Shown: positions 18,601-27,443, counted from the stretch's first letter. The stretch: 64,000 nt of DNA from Thermoplasmatales archaeon SW_10_69_26 (GCA_003009755.1 PXUB01000025.1:9393-73392), one strand, 5' to 3'. A program made the numbers and translations. The notes: generated from the sequence alone by a model not told the origin.

Positions 18601-18980
18601 TCGATGGCGAAGCCCGTGGGACCCTGGTCCCCGACGACGACGATCGGCGGATGCGATCGGCAGTCGGTCGCCGCCGATGGCGCCTGCAGACCCTCCTCAT
18701 CTCGTTCCCCGATCGGGTCCGCGTGGATCGAGGGAGCTTGCTCCCGAGGGGCCGAGCACGAGGAGGCGCAGCCGGGAGTGGGCGAGGCCGACGGAGGCTC
18801 GCAGGCGAGCGGTGCTCGCAGGCCAAGCACGCTGGGGGCGGGCGTCTGCGGGCAGCGTGAGCTCTCGCCCTCGGTCGGGGCCAGCCGGTCGGCGGTCCCC
18901 GGCGTTTCGCCGGCGGCCGGGGTCGCGGCGAACAGGAGAGCGAGCGCGAGCACGAGAGCGATCAGGAGCTTGCGAGTCAT
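15624..18980 (-). CDS. Secreted right-handed parallel beta-helix repeat protein (NosD/PbH1-like), 1118 aa, internally duplicated.
   Basis: Signal peptide MTRKLLIALVLALALLFAATPAAG. Dozens of beta-helix rungs of the (V/I)xxNx(V/I)xxN type (IRGNDLT, VRANHIHD, VETNAIK, VRGNELS, VEGNELL, VRDNVLY, VTGNDID ...). Two similar modules each start ...GQ(V/L)(I/L)LADATNVT... and end HNWWGCSEGPDHADCDD. The ATG overlaps the upstream gene stop in an ATGA junction. Confidence 0.8.
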   Translation of the reverse strand: MTRKLLIALVLALALLFAATPAAGETPGTADRLAPTEGESSRCPQTPAPSVLGLRAPLACEPPSASPTPGCASSCSAPREQAPSIHADPIGERDEEGLQAPSAATDCRSHPPIVVVGDQGPTGFAIENAAGDDVPRPGSGVVDGEGTEDDPYVIEGWCIEGRRASVSFFWVGARTGTTGIHLADTSAHVIIRGNDLTQLERGIHLEDADNVTVRANHIHDVQHGVDVDQARNLTVETNAIKWTNEGIEASGAYGLTVRGNELSAPNDRANAAAKDDGIKVTDSDGAAIVANVLHNYDGTAVRVADTAAAEVEGNELLEGPSFASRAIHLLGTEDTEVRDNVLYDFRSGLRLEGTQGTLVTGNDIDENSLFGVSFEAGSSIAIRDNVVTRSNDAIEAYEGETVTEGVRIENNTLTGNHNRGIELEHGRDILVRNNTVTNNGRSGVWANGADEVVIRSNRILDNDRSGVIVARSEAVLVEDNLVRHNGWGAHTRSVFRGGIGVNGNAQEVTIEANTIEDSYWHGLTVWDEGPEASTTIHANDVSGSAFVGIYVLRSNGTTVTDNALTDNRRDVTLGTSTASTVTGNAMRSGLSVVVDDEDDHRHAIADNTVNGEPVRYLLDVADTTVERPAGQVILADATNVTVQRPTIGNVTEPIQVLASEDVTVQAPTLTDTGVALVADGSQRTRIHDGRVSEAMAGLVLADTGNTTVEGFQVENASVGVLARSTDAATVTDTNLSADAAGLLFERSRAPELTRVTVEGALDGIALNDVDAARLQAVAVEQADRGLTVEDGRGLTLEDSQLEAATGARLRGVEQPHLEANRITGGDVGIRLAGASAPTLIDNEVDSQLSGLQARSTDGLALSGNAFSTGVDLDEATLRGTDQATGDTVAGEPLILRSGVEGREIEGPVGQLLLADATNVTLTGAVFEEVAAPVQVLASEGLRIENVTVRNATVGIELSDAVDAHLAGLHAEGNAIGIHADALTASTIQGSRLEEGQRALVAEDAAASRIHNNTIDGAEQGIWLDGDQQANRLVHNRLTGNEEAIVLAETGAGEEVHRNDIVGNDVGLVDDTQDGPTPDARHNWWGCSEGPDHADCDDIEGEARYDPWSTEPHEQAGAS

Positions 18981-20302
18981 GGGGAACCACCTCCAAGACC
19001 GGCACAAGCGACCGCCTTCGCAGGCGCGAACACGTAGGCGCTGCCGGCCTCGAACCCGTTGGCGTTGTTCTTCCCGGGTTCGCCGACGAGGACGCGCTCG
19101 TCGTCGATCGCGGCCTGCCAGGAGGTCGAGGCCCCGTCGGCGGCGCGCAGCTTGGATCTCTGCTCCCAGCCGTCCTCGCCGTCGGCGAAGACGTAGCCGG
19201 CGCCGGCGCGGGGACCGAGGGCCCGATCCGCGAGGCGCGTGTGGGGGTTACCGGCGCCGACGACGGCGCGATCCCCATCGAGGGCCACCGAGGTGCCCAG
19301 GGCCTCGTCTTCGTTCCCGTCCTCGGCCAGGAGTTTGGCCTGCGCTGCCCACCCAGCGGTCTCCCGGGTGAAGACGTGAGCGGCGCCGGCTTCCGGGGCC
19401 TTCTCGCCGTCTCCGGCTTCGCCGACGAGAGCTGTGTCGCCGTGGAGCGCAACGGCCGATCCGAAGAAGGTGCCTCCGTCCGTGTCGGGGGAGACCAGCT
19501 CGGTCGCACGCTGCCAGCCGTCCGCGGTGCGCTCGTAGACGAAGGCCTTGCCGGCGTACGTTTGACCGTCGACGTCGGCGGACGAGTCCCCGACGAGCGC
19601 GGTGTCCCCGTCGATGGAGAAGCTGGTTCCGAAGCTATCGGCACCGTTGTCCAGGTGGGCCGCCTCGAGCCAGACGCCGGAGGCGTGTTGCTCGAGCACG
19701 TGAACCGACGAAGACGAGTAGGCATCGCGGGAACCGACCAGGATCGTATCCCCGTCGACGTCGACGTCCTGTCCGATGCGAGCGGAGCCGTCCGTAGCCA
19801 CGGACACGCGAGCCTGTTGCGTCCAGTCGCCGGACGCTTGGCGCTCGAACACGAACACGGCCCCTCGACGGTCGTCTCCGACATGGCCGGGCGCTCCGAC
19901 CACGAGGCGATCGCCGTCGAGGGCGAGGTCCTGGCCGAAATGCGAGCCGCTGTGGCTCCAGGCCGGTTGGATCTTCGCCGCTTCGACCCAGCCTCTCCTG
20001 TCCGTGTGTTCGTACATGTACACGGCCCCGGCGTCCTCACCGTCGGCGTCGTCAGCGTAGGGGGCTCCCACGAGGGCTCGGTCGTCCTGGATGGCCAGCC
20101 CCGTCCCGAAGCGGTCGCCCTCGTCGTGGAAGGCGAGCGGGGACTGGCCCTCGCCGTCGCTGGCCATGAGGGTCCCCTCTTGGACGTAGTCGTCCTGGAC
20201 GGAGGCCTGCACGAGGGGGACGGTGGCGACGGTGGCCAGCAGCCCCGCGATCACTGCAGCAAGGAGAGCGTACCTCTGGCTGGCATCACGGCTTCCCACC
20301 AC
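18977..20302 (-). CDS. Secreted FG-GAP repeat (integrin-alpha-like 7-bladed beta-propeller) protein.
   Basis: N-terminal TM/signal (ALLAAVIAGLLATVATVPLVQAS) and seven repeats of FG..hahdGD.ahVGAP...G.ayV(F/Y)E type (GDRFGTGLAIQDDRALVGAP; GSHFGQDLALDGDRLVVGAP; ADSFGTSFSIDGDTALVGD; ...). Confidence 0.8.
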   Translation of the reverse strand: MVGSRDASQRYALLAAVIAGLLATVATVPLVQASVQDDYVQEGTLMASDGEGQSPLAFHDEGDRFGTGLAIQDDRALVGAPYADDADGEDAGAVYMYEHTDRRGWVEAAKIQPAWSHSGSHFGQDLALDGDRLVVGAPGHVGDDRRGAVFVFERQASGDWTQQARVSVATDGSARIGQDVDVDGDTILVGSRDAYSSSSVHVLEQHASGVWLEAAHLDNGADSFGTSFSIDGDTALVGDSSADVDGQTYAGKAFVYERTADGWQRATELVSPDTDGGTFFGSAVALHGDTALVGEAGDGEKAPEAGAAHVFTRETAGWAAQAKLLAEDGNEDEALGTSVALDGDRAVVGAGNPHTRLADRALGPRAGAGYVFADGEDGWEQRSKLRAADGASTSWQAAIDDERVLVGEPGKNNANGFEAGSAYVFAPAKAVACAGLGGGSP

Positions 20303-20418
20303 GCGACTGGCTTCTCGCCGATGCAGGCCTCCCGACCTCTCCCCGGAATGGTCTCACCCGATCCTAAACGTTTGGGTCGAGGTGCCAACGCGGAGGGCGG
20401 CGAGACGCCAGGTCAGGC

Positions 20419-21717
20419 TCACTTCGGCTGCTCGGTGCCCCACGTCTCGATGGCCTTGGCCGCCTCCTTGCTGTCCTGCGTGATGGCGTCCAGGCTGTCG
20501 CCGCGCATCGTTCCGTCGATTACGTCGCGCAGGGCTTTGGCGCCGGCGGTGGAGCCGTCGGGGTGGCCGTGGATGCCGCCGCCGAGCTGGATGACGACGT
20601 CGGGCCCGTAGAGGTCGATCATGTCCGGCACGATTCCGGGGTGCAGGCCGCCGCTGGCGACCGGGAACGCCGGCTTGATCGAGCCCCAGTCCTGGCCGAG
20701 CAGGTTGTCGCGGGGATCGGTGTGGGCCTCGCGGAGCTGGTCCATGTTGGCGACGACCTCGTTCTCGGGGCTGACGAGCTTGCCGATGACGGTGCCGGTG
20801 TGGAGCTGGTCGACGCCGACGAGGCGGAGCAGCTTCGCCAGGCAGTACATCGCCATGCCGTGGTCCTCGATCTTGGTGAACATCGCGTGCATGGCGCGGT
20901 GGGCGTGGATCGCCAGGTCGAGGTCGCCGGTGGCTTCGCGGATGGTTTGCAGGCCGGCGAACCCGGTCGTGACGACGTCCACCATCGCGTACTCGAACCC
21001 GTGCTCGGCCACGAGGCGGGCTCGCTCGATCGCCTCGTTCGTCTCGGCGGTCACGTTGATCAACGCGGATTTGGTCTCGCCGGTCTCGGCCTCGGCGCGT
21101 TCGCGTTGGCGAGCCAGGTGCTCGACGCGTTTCGCGAAGTTGTTGAACGACTGGCTGGTGAGGTTCTCGTCGTCCTTGATCAGATCGACCCCGCCGACCC
21201 AGGCCTCGTAGCCGCGCTCGGCGTGCTGTTCGGGGGTCCAGCCGAGCTTGGGTTTGGGGACGGTCGCCGTCGGCGGGCGCTCGGGGATCCCCAGCTCGTC
21301 CCGGATGCCCTCGATGCCGAGGTGGGGGCCGGGGTGAGCCTCGCGGATCTCCTGGGGGATGCGAAGATCCAGCAGGCGCAGGCGGGCGACGGCCTTCATG
21401 CCGAAGATGTTGCCGGCGACGCCGCTGAGGATCTGGGGGACGTTGGCGGCTTCCCACAGCTCGACGGGGTAGCGGACCTTGCAGGTGCCGGCCTCCTCGT
21501 CCCAGTCGTAGCACATCGCCTTCAGGTCGGGCACGCGATCCGGCATCTGGGCCAGCGTCGTCCACGTGCCCACGCTGGATTCGCTGGCGATGCGGCCGAG
21601 CGCCTCGAGCGTGCTGGTGTCCTCGTCCGGTGTGAACGAGAACAGGGCCAACAGGTCCCCATCACGCGGCTCCGCGTCCCGGTCCACGAACTCGTCGTAC
21701 CACTCGGTCCCGGCCAT
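20419..21717 (-). CDS. rbcL: Type III ribulose-1,5-bisphosphate carboxylase/oxygenase large subunit (archaeal form III RuBisCO).
   Basis: 432 aa. GWTPEQHAERGYEAWVGGVDLIKDDENLTSQSF carries the catalytic/carbamylated Lys within KDDE. Also ...HAHRAMHAMF... and GGGIHGHPDG. Length and sequence fit form III. Confidence 0.9.
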   Translation of the reverse strand: MAGTEWYDEFVDRDAEPRDGDLLALFSFTPDEDTSTLEALGRIASESSVGTWTTLAQMPDRVPDLKAMCYDWDEEAGTCKVRYPVELWEAANVPQILSGVAGNIFGMKAVARLRLLDLRIPQEIREAHPGPHLGIEGIRDELGIPERPPTATVPKPKLGWTPEQHAERGYEAWVGGVDLIKDDENLTSQSFNNFAKRVEHLARQRERAEAETGETKSALINVTAETNEAIERARLVAEHGFEYAMVDVVTTGFAGLQTIREATGDLDLAIHAHRAMHAMFTKIEDHGMAMYCLAKLLRLVGVDQLHTGTVIGKLVSPENEVVANMDQLREAHTDPRDNLLGQDWGSIKPAFPVASGGLHPGIVPDMIDLYGPDVVIQLGGGIHGHPDGSTAGAKALRDVIDGTMRGDSLDAITQDSKEAAKAIETWGTEQPK

Positions 21718-21899
21718 GCGTCCATCTACGGGGTTCGCGCCTTTTGCGAGTGTCGGTGGCGGAACGGGCCCCGACCCGGCCCGAGCCCTCGAAAGGAGCT
21801 CTCCAAGCCATCCCTCGGAGGGACAGAGCCCAGCTGCGCGAGAGCGCCAGGACCCTCGGGGACAGGTTTATCCGCTGGGGTATCCCAAAAGGGGAGCGT

Positions 21900-23561
21900 A
21901 TGGATTCTGGCGGTCTCACTCTTTCTTGTCAGTTCATCGACCTCGATCTCGGGGGGAACCAGGTCGTCCTCCACGCCGACGACGCCGAGGAGATCGGGGT
22001 TCACCCTCAGCACCGCGTGCACGTCCGGTTCGGCGACGAGAGCTTGGTCGCCGTCGTCGACACGACCTCCTCGGTCGTGGAGCCCGGTCGGATCGGGGTC
22101 TTCCCCGGCGTGGCCGACGACCTGGGCCTGGAAGCGGATGCCCAGCTCGAGGTGCAGCCGGCCGAGAAGCCCGAAAGCGTCGAGTTCATCCGGAAGAAGA
22201 TGAACGGGCGCGAGCTCGACACCGACGAGATCGCGCGCCTCGTCGAGGACATGGTGCAGGGCTCGTTGACCGACATCGAGCTGTCGGCCTACGTGACCAG
22301 CGTCGAGATCCACGACATGAACATCCGGGAGACGACGGACCTGACCCGGTCGATGGTGGAGACCGGCGAGGTCATCGACTTCCACGACCCGATGATCTTC
22401 GACAAGCACAGCATCGGGGGCGTGCCCGGGAACAAGATCACGCTGCTCGTCGTGCCGATCGCCGCCGCGGCCGGTCTGCCGATCCCGAAGACCAGCTCGC
22501 GCGCGATCACCGGCGCGGCTGGCACCAGCGACGTGATGGAGGTCTTCTGCGACGTCAAGCTCACCGCCGAGCGGATCCGTTCGATCACGAACGACGTCGG
22601 CGGCGTCATGGCCTGGGGCGGCGCGGTCAACCTCGCCCCGGCCGACGACATCATCATCCGCGTCGAGCACCCCCTCTCGCTGGATCCGCGCTCGCTTCTA
22701 CTGGCCAGCGTGATGGCGAAGAAGCGGGCGGTCGGCGCCAAGCACGTCGTCATCGACATCCCGATGGGCCCCGGCTCGAAGATCGCGACGATGGAGGAGG
22801 CCAAGAGCCTGGCGCGGGACTTCATCGCGCTCGGCGACCGGCTCGGCATGCAGGTCGAGTGCGCGATCACCTACGGTGGCCAGCCCGTCGGCAAAACCGT
22901 CGGCCCCGCCCTCGAGGCCAACGAGGCGCTGCGCGCGCTGCGCGGCGACCCCGACGTGCCCGAGAGCTTCACGAAGAAGGCCACCGCGATCGCGGGCATC
23001 CTGCTCGAGATGGGCGGCCTGGCCCGCCGCGGGCGGGGCCAACAGGAGGCCCAGCGCCTGCTCGAGGACGGCTCGGCGCTCGAGACGTTCTCCGAGATCG
23101 TGCAGGCTCAAGGCGGCCCCGAGCCCGAGCTGCAACCGGTGGGCGACCACACGTGGGAGCTCGTCGCCGACAAGGACGGCTACGTCGCCGGCGTCGGGAA
23201 CCGCGACATCGTGGCGATCACGCGCAGCCTGGGGGCGCCCAAGGTCAAGGGCGCCGGCGTCGAGCTGCCGAAGAAGGAGGGCGACAGCGTCGAGGAGGGC
23301 GAGACGCTGCTCAAGCTGTACGCCGAGTCCGAGTACAAGCTCGAGGCCGCCCGCAAGCTCGCGACGTCGAAGGACCCGGTCACCGTCGAGGGTATGCTGT
23401 TGGAGCGCGTCCCCGAGTTCCGTGAGATCGGTGACGAGCCCAGCGGACCCGGGCCCGACCCGTCCGCGGACGGCAACGGCGGGATCCGTCAGGTAGCGCC
23501 GGAGGCCGACGACGACAACGAAGCGGACACCGAGGCCGAGACGGCCGCCGACGGCAGCTGA
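21900..23561 (+). CDS. deoA: AMP phosphorylase (archaeal thymidine-phosphorylase-family DeoA of the AMP/NMP shunt).
   Basis: Aligns end to end with the characterised Thermococcus AMP phosphorylase: ...KHSIGGVPGNKITLLVVPIAAAAGLPIPKTSSRAITGAAGTSDVMEVF...AWGGAVNLAPADD...AITYGGQPVGKTVGPALEANEAL.... The ATG at 21900 lies in a longer TTG-initiated ORF. Divergently transcribed from rbcL. Confidence 0.9.
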   Translation: MDSGGLTLSCQFIDLDLGGNQVVLHADDAEEIGVHPQHRVHVRFGDESLVAVVDTTSSVVEPGRIGVFPGVADDLGLEADAQLEVQPAEKPESVEFIRKKMNGRELDTDEIARLVEDMVQGSLTDIELSAYVTSVEIHDMNIRETTDLTRSMVETGEVIDFHDPMIFDKHSIGGVPGNKITLLVVPIAAAAGLPIPKTSSRAITGAAGTSDVMEVFCDVKLTAERIRSITNDVGGVMAWGGAVNLAPADDIIIRVEHPLSLDPRSLLLASVMAKKRAVGAKHVVIDIPMGPGSKIATMEEAKSLARDFIALGDRLGMQVECAITYGGQPVGKTVGPALEANEALRALRGDPDVPESFTKKATAIAGILLEMGGLARRGRGQQEAQRLLEDGSALETFSEIVQAQGGPEPELQPVGDHTWELVADKDGYVAGVGNRDIVAITRSLGAPKVKGAGVELPKKEGDSVEEGETLLKLYAESEYKLEAARKLATSKDPVTVEGMLLERVPEFREIGDEPSGPGPDPSADGNGGIRQVAPEADDDNEADTEAETAADGS

Positions 23562-23608
23562 CCGCGCCGGACGTTCAGCTTCATGTAGGGGACGCTTGCT
23601 CGGCCCCC

Positions 23609-23923
23609 GTGGTCCTGTGCTGGGTCCTGTGGGGGTTCATCGCCGCCGCCAACGTCGGCGGCTACGTCGCCACGAGCTACGACAAGCGCGCCGCCCGCCT
23701 CTCCAGCCGGGCGAACCCGCCCGACCGGATCCCAGAGAAGCTGTTGTGGGCGCTGGCTGCCTTCGGCGGGTTCCCGGCGATGATCTACGCCATGCACCGT
23801 GTGCGGCACAAGACCCGCAAGAAGCGGTTCCTCCTCGTCTTCTTCACGGCCGCCTTCGTGTCCACGATCGTGTGGGCTGGCTGGCTGTCGGTCACCGGGT
23901 GCCTGCCCTACGAGCTGTTCTAG
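23609..23923 (+). CDS. DUF1294-family small membrane protein.
   Basis: 104 aa with two or three TM helices (...YDKRAARLSSRANPPDRIPEKLLWALAAFGGFPAMIYAMHRVRHKTRKKRFLL...). Confidence 0.45.
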   Translation: MVLCWVLWGFIAAANVGGYVATSYDKRAARLSSRANPPDRIPEKLLWALAAFGGFPAMIYAMHRVRHKTRKKRFLLVFFTAAFVSTIVWAGWLSVTGCLPYELF

Positions 23924-24023
23924 GCTGCCGGTCTTAGTCAGCTTGAGCTCTCGCGCCGGTCTGAGCGTTTCCACCGCCTGAGGCCGATCGAGAGCTGAAC
24001 CCAAGCACAGCCGGCAGTCTGGG

Positions 24024-24338
24024 TCAAAGCTGCGGCAGCTGGCCCTCGATCGCCAGCCAGTGCAGACCGGAGAGGACGAGGACGCCGATCGCCAGCAGCC
24101 AGTGCACGATCCGCCACCGCATGCGACCCCAACGATCCTCGAAGTAGGGCCGCCACCACCCGGTGACGAAGAGCGCGAGCAGGTAGACGGTGGCAATCGC
24201 GCCCGACAACCAGCCCACGAACTCCGCCAACAGCACGAGCTCGACCGTGTGGAGCAAAGCAAGGCCCAGGGCCACCGTCGACGTCCAGATGTGGATGTCG
24301 ATACGCCACCGTCGTAGGAGCCGGATCGGTCGGGTCAA
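24024..24338 (-). CDS. Small 3-TM membrane protein with conserved His residues (hypothetical).
   Basis: 104 aa with His within TM helices (LLHTVELV, IVHWLL, GLHWLA). ATGA overlap with the upstream gene. Confidence 0.4.
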   Translation of the reverse strand: MTRPIRLLRRWRIDIHIWTSTVALGLALLHTVELVLLAEFVGWLSGAIATVYLLALFVTGWWRPYFEDRWGRMRWRIVHWLLAIGVLVLSGLHWLAIEGQLPQL

Positions 24339-24625
24339 GGCGACCCGGTCCGGGCCCAGCCGAGGAAGAAGGTCCCGGCGATCAAGCCCAGCGAGCCCCA
24401 GCCGGCCCAGCCCCCGCCGATCTCCTCCAACAGATCCTCCTCTTCGCCGCCAGCGGCCTCCTCCTCGCCGTCTGCGACCATGCCGAGCCCCGCGCCGATC
24501 AGGCTGGCGGCGACGACCACGATCGCCGCGATGGCGAGGGACCGGTCCGTCTGACGGCCAGCGTGGTCACGATCCTCGGAGCTCGCGGCGGCCATCGGCG
24601 GCATCGAGAGGTCACCGACCGGCAA
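24335..24625 (-). CDS. Small membrane protein (hypothetical), first gene of a two-gene operon.
   Basis: 96 aa with one TM segment, then an acidic stretch (GEEEAAGGEEEDLLEE), then a second TM. It overlaps the downstream ORF start. Confidence 0.35.
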   Translation of the reverse strand: MPVGDLSMPPMAAASSEDRDHAGRQTDRSLAIAAIVVVAASLIGAGLGMVADGEEEAAGGEEEDLLEEIGGGWAGWGSLGLIAGTFFLGWARTGSP

Positions 24626-24635
24626 GAACGTTGCG

Positions 24636-26051
24636 ATGGTGGCGGACGGCGTCGCTGCTGCGAGGGGCGGGGACGATGGACAGATTCAACTCCGACGCTC
24701 GTCTTGGGCCCTCGTGGCGTCTCGGCAGATCGGACTGCTCGTCCTCGTCGGCCTCCTGCTCGTTCCCGCCGTCACCGCCCAGGCCACCGGTTCGCCGGTG
24801 TACGTCGCGGACGTCGAGGGGACCGTCACACGGGGGACGGCGCTGCAGATCGAGGACGCGCTCGAGCAGGCCGAGGAAGCCGACGCGCCGCTGGTGATCC
24901 GGCTGGATACGCCCGGCGGGCTCGTCGAGTCCACGCTGGAGATCGACCGCGCGATCGCCCGCAGCGATGTCCCGGTGCTCACCTACGTCCGCGAGGGCGG
25001 CTGGGCGCAATCGGCGGGCACGTTCATCTTCCTGATGGGCCACCCCAACGGGATGGGGCAGGGGACCCAGATCGGGAGCGCCCAACCGATCGTGCAATCG
25101 CAAAGCGGCGGCACGCAGAACGCCTCCGAGAAGGTCACCAACGCGCTGGTCGAACGCATTCGCACGATCGCCGACCGCCACGATCGCGACCCCGACGTCG
25201 CCCAGCAGTTCATCACCCGCAACCTGAACCTCAACGCCAGCGAGGCGCAGCGCCGGGGCATGAGCAACCACACCGTCGGCGACCTCCGCGGGTTCCTCGA
25301 GGCGGTCGACGGCCGGCAGGCCAACGTCGGCGAGGCCACCGTCGAGCTCGACACGGCCGACGCCGAGATCCGTTACGTCGAGGAGGGGCTTTTGGTCCAG
25401 GTCGTGGAGATCGTCGGCAACCCGCAGGTCGCCTTCGTGTTGTTCCTGATCGGTCTCTACGGCGTCATCTTCGGCTTGGCCGCCCCCGGAACCCTGGTCC
25501 CGGAGACGATCGGGGCCCTGGCCCTGGTGATGGGCCTGATCGGGCTGGGGTTGTTCGACGCCGGCACCAGCGGGTTGCTGTTGATCCTGCTGGCCTCGGC
25601 CTTCTTCGTCGCCGAGGTCCTCACGCCCACGCATGGCGTGTTAGCGACAGCTGGGGCGATCGCGCTCGTGCTGGGAGCGATCTTCCTGCTGGACGAGCCC
25701 CTGCTGTCGCGGGACTACCTGCAACGCTTCCAGATCGTGGCCGTGATCTCGGCGATCGTCTCCGGCGGCGTCGCCTTGGGCGGTGTGGCCTTGGCGGTGC
25801 GGACCCGCGGCCAACCGACGCGCGACGAGGTGGAGGGCCGGGAGGCCGAGACGCTGACCCGGCTGGACCCGGAGGGTCAGGTTGCCTTCCGCGGCGAACG
25901 CTGGGGTGCCGTGACCGAGCACGGGCCGATCCCGCAGGATCGAACGGTCGTCATCGAGGCTCGCGAGGGCCTCACGCTGACAGTACGGGAACCGGACCCG
26001 CCCGCCGAGCAGACCGGGCGCGGCGACGACCTCGCCGCCGAGGACGACTAG
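24636..26051 (+). CDS. NfeD-family membrane-bound serine protease (ClpP-like; long form), stomatin operon partner.
   Basis: ClpP-class fold segment (VTRGTALQIEDALEQAEEADAPLVIRLDTPGGLVESTLEIDRAI...WAQSAGTFIF), multiple TM helices, and a C-terminal OB-fold NfeD domain. Upstream of the SPFH/stomatin gene as in the classic NfeD-stomatin pair. Confidence 0.75.
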   Translation: MVADGVAAARGGDDGQIQLRRSSWALVASRQIGLLVLVGLLLVPAVTAQATGSPVYVADVEGTVTRGTALQIEDALEQAEEADAPLVIRLDTPGGLVESTLEIDRAIARSDVPVLTYVREGGWAQSAGTFIFLMGHPNGMGQGTQIGSAQPIVQSQSGGTQNASEKVTNALVERIRTIADRHDRDPDVAQQFITRNLNLNASEAQRRGMSNHTVGDLRGFLEAVDGRQANVGEATVELDTADAEIRYVEEGLLVQVVEIVGNPQVAFVLFLIGLYGVIFGLAAPGTLVPETIGALALVMGLIGLGLFDAGTSGLLLILLASAFFVAEVLTPTHGVLATAGAIALVLGAIFLLDEPLLSRDYLQRFQIVAVISAIVSGGVALGGVALAVRTRGQPTRDEVEGREAETLTRLDPEGQVAFRGERWGAVTEHGPIPQDRTVVIEAREGLTLTVREPDPPAEQTGRGDDLAAEDD

Positions 26052-26053
26052 CC

Positions 26054-26401
26054 TCACTTCACGTACGTGAAGCAGGTCCAGCCGTCCGAGGACTCGACAT
26101 CGAGAAGGCGGTTCTCCATCAACACGTCGTCGTTGGCTTGCCGCCAGGCGTCGGCCTCGTCCGAGGGCACGCAGTCTTGCACCTCGTCACCCGGGTCCTT
26201 GTCGTCGTGGTCGTCCTCCGCGTAGGCGGCTTGGGAACCGGCGTCGGTGCCACCTCCGCCGGCCCACGTCACGGCGCCCGCCACCGCCACGGTCAGCACA
26301 CCCAAGCCCACGAGCGCGATCCCGAACTTCGTCGTGATCTCCTTGACGTTCGGATCGTTCAGGAGGACGTAGCGTTGCATGATCTCCTCGATGTCGACCA
26401 A
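26054..26401 (-). CDS. Small membrane-anchored acidic protein (hypothetical), antisense between NfeD and stomatin.
   Basis: 115 aa with one TM (FGIALVGLGVLTVAVAGAVTWAG), GC3-biased codon usage, two Cys. Confidence 0.4.
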   Translation of the reverse strand: MVDIEEIMQRYVLLNDPNVKEITTKFGIALVGLGVLTVAVAGAVTWAGGGGTDAGSQAAYAEDDHDDKDPGDEVQDCVPSDEADAWRQANDDVLMENRLLDVESSDGWTCFTYVK

Positions 26402-26522
26402 ACCGATCCCTCACCCCCGCCTCGCCAGGTCCCGCGGTTAAACGTGGGGGCCAGGACACCCGACCGAGGCCGCGAGACCGCGGGGCGCCAAGCCTTTTCA
26501 GCGGGACCCGTGATAGGGGACC

Positions 26523-27443
26523 ATGGGGTTGAGCGCGCTTCTCATCTCGCAAGGGACGTGGACCTTCGCCGCCATCGTCATCGGGTTCGTCGCCCTGCTC
26601 TTCGTCGCCTCGGCGATCAAGATCGTCAAGGAGTACGAGCGGGGCGTGATCTTCCGGCTGGGTCGGCTGATCGGAGCCAAGGGTCCCGGCCTGTTCTTCA
26701 TCATCCCGATCTTGGACAAGATGGTCAAGGTCGACCTCCGCGTGATCACGCACGACGTGCCGATCCAGGAGGTCATGACCGTCGACAACGTCCCGGTCTC
26801 GGTGAACGCGGTCGTCTACTACCGCGTCATGGAGCCCGAGGACGCCACCGTCGAGGTCGAGGACTACCGGATGGCGACGAGCCAGATCGCGCAGACCACG
26901 CTGCGCAGCGTCGTCGGCAAATCCCAGCTCGACGAGTTGCTCGCCGAGCGCGAGAAGATCAACGAGGAGCTGCAGGAGGTCATCGACGACGCCACCGACC
27001 CGTGGGGCATCAAGGTCTCCGCCGTCGAGATCAAGGACGTCGAGCTCCCGCAGGACATGCGTCGCGCCATGGCCGCCCAAGCCGAGGCCGAGCGCGAGCG
27101 CCGCGCCCGCGTGATCTCCGCCGAGGGCGAACAGCAGGCCGCCGAGCGGCTCAAGGAGGCCTCGCAGACGATGGCCGAGGGCAAGGGTTCGCTGTACCTG
27201 CGCACGCTGCAGACGATCCAGGAGACCGCCAGCGAGCAGGGCACCAACACGGTGATCCCGCTCCCGATCGAGTTCCTGAAGGCGCTGAACCCCAACGACG
27301 GCGGCAGCCTGCCGCTGATGGGGTCCGGTGGGGGCGACGACGACGGGGAAGACGATGACGGGGGAACCGAGCCCCTCGAGGACATCGTTGACGACGACAC
27401 CGGCGCCGAGGAGCTCGTCGAAGAGGAGAACGCGGGGACCTGA
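26523..27443 (+). CDS. SPFH/Band-7 protein (stomatin/prohibitin family).
   Basis: N-terminal TM then IVKEYERGVIFRLGRLIGAKGPGLFFIIPILDKMVKVDLRVITHDVPIQEVMTVDNVPVSVNAVVYYRV... and a coiled-coil ...AERERRARVISAEGEQQAAERLKEA. Acidic tail. Confidence 0.85.
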   Translation: MGLSALLISQGTWTFAAIVIGFVALLFVASAIKIVKEYERGVIFRLGRLIGAKGPGLFFIIPILDKMVKVDLRVITHDVPIQEVMTVDNVPVSVNAVVYYRVMEPEDATVEVEDYRMATSQIAQTTLRSVVGKSQLDELLAEREKINEELQEVIDDATDPWGIKVSAVEIKDVELPQDMRRAMAAQAEAERERRARVISAEGEQQAAERLKEASQTMAEGKGSLYLRTLQTIQETASEQGTNTVIPLPIEFLKALNPNDGGSLPLMGSGGGDDDGEDDDGGTEPLEDIVDDDTGAEELVEEENAGT

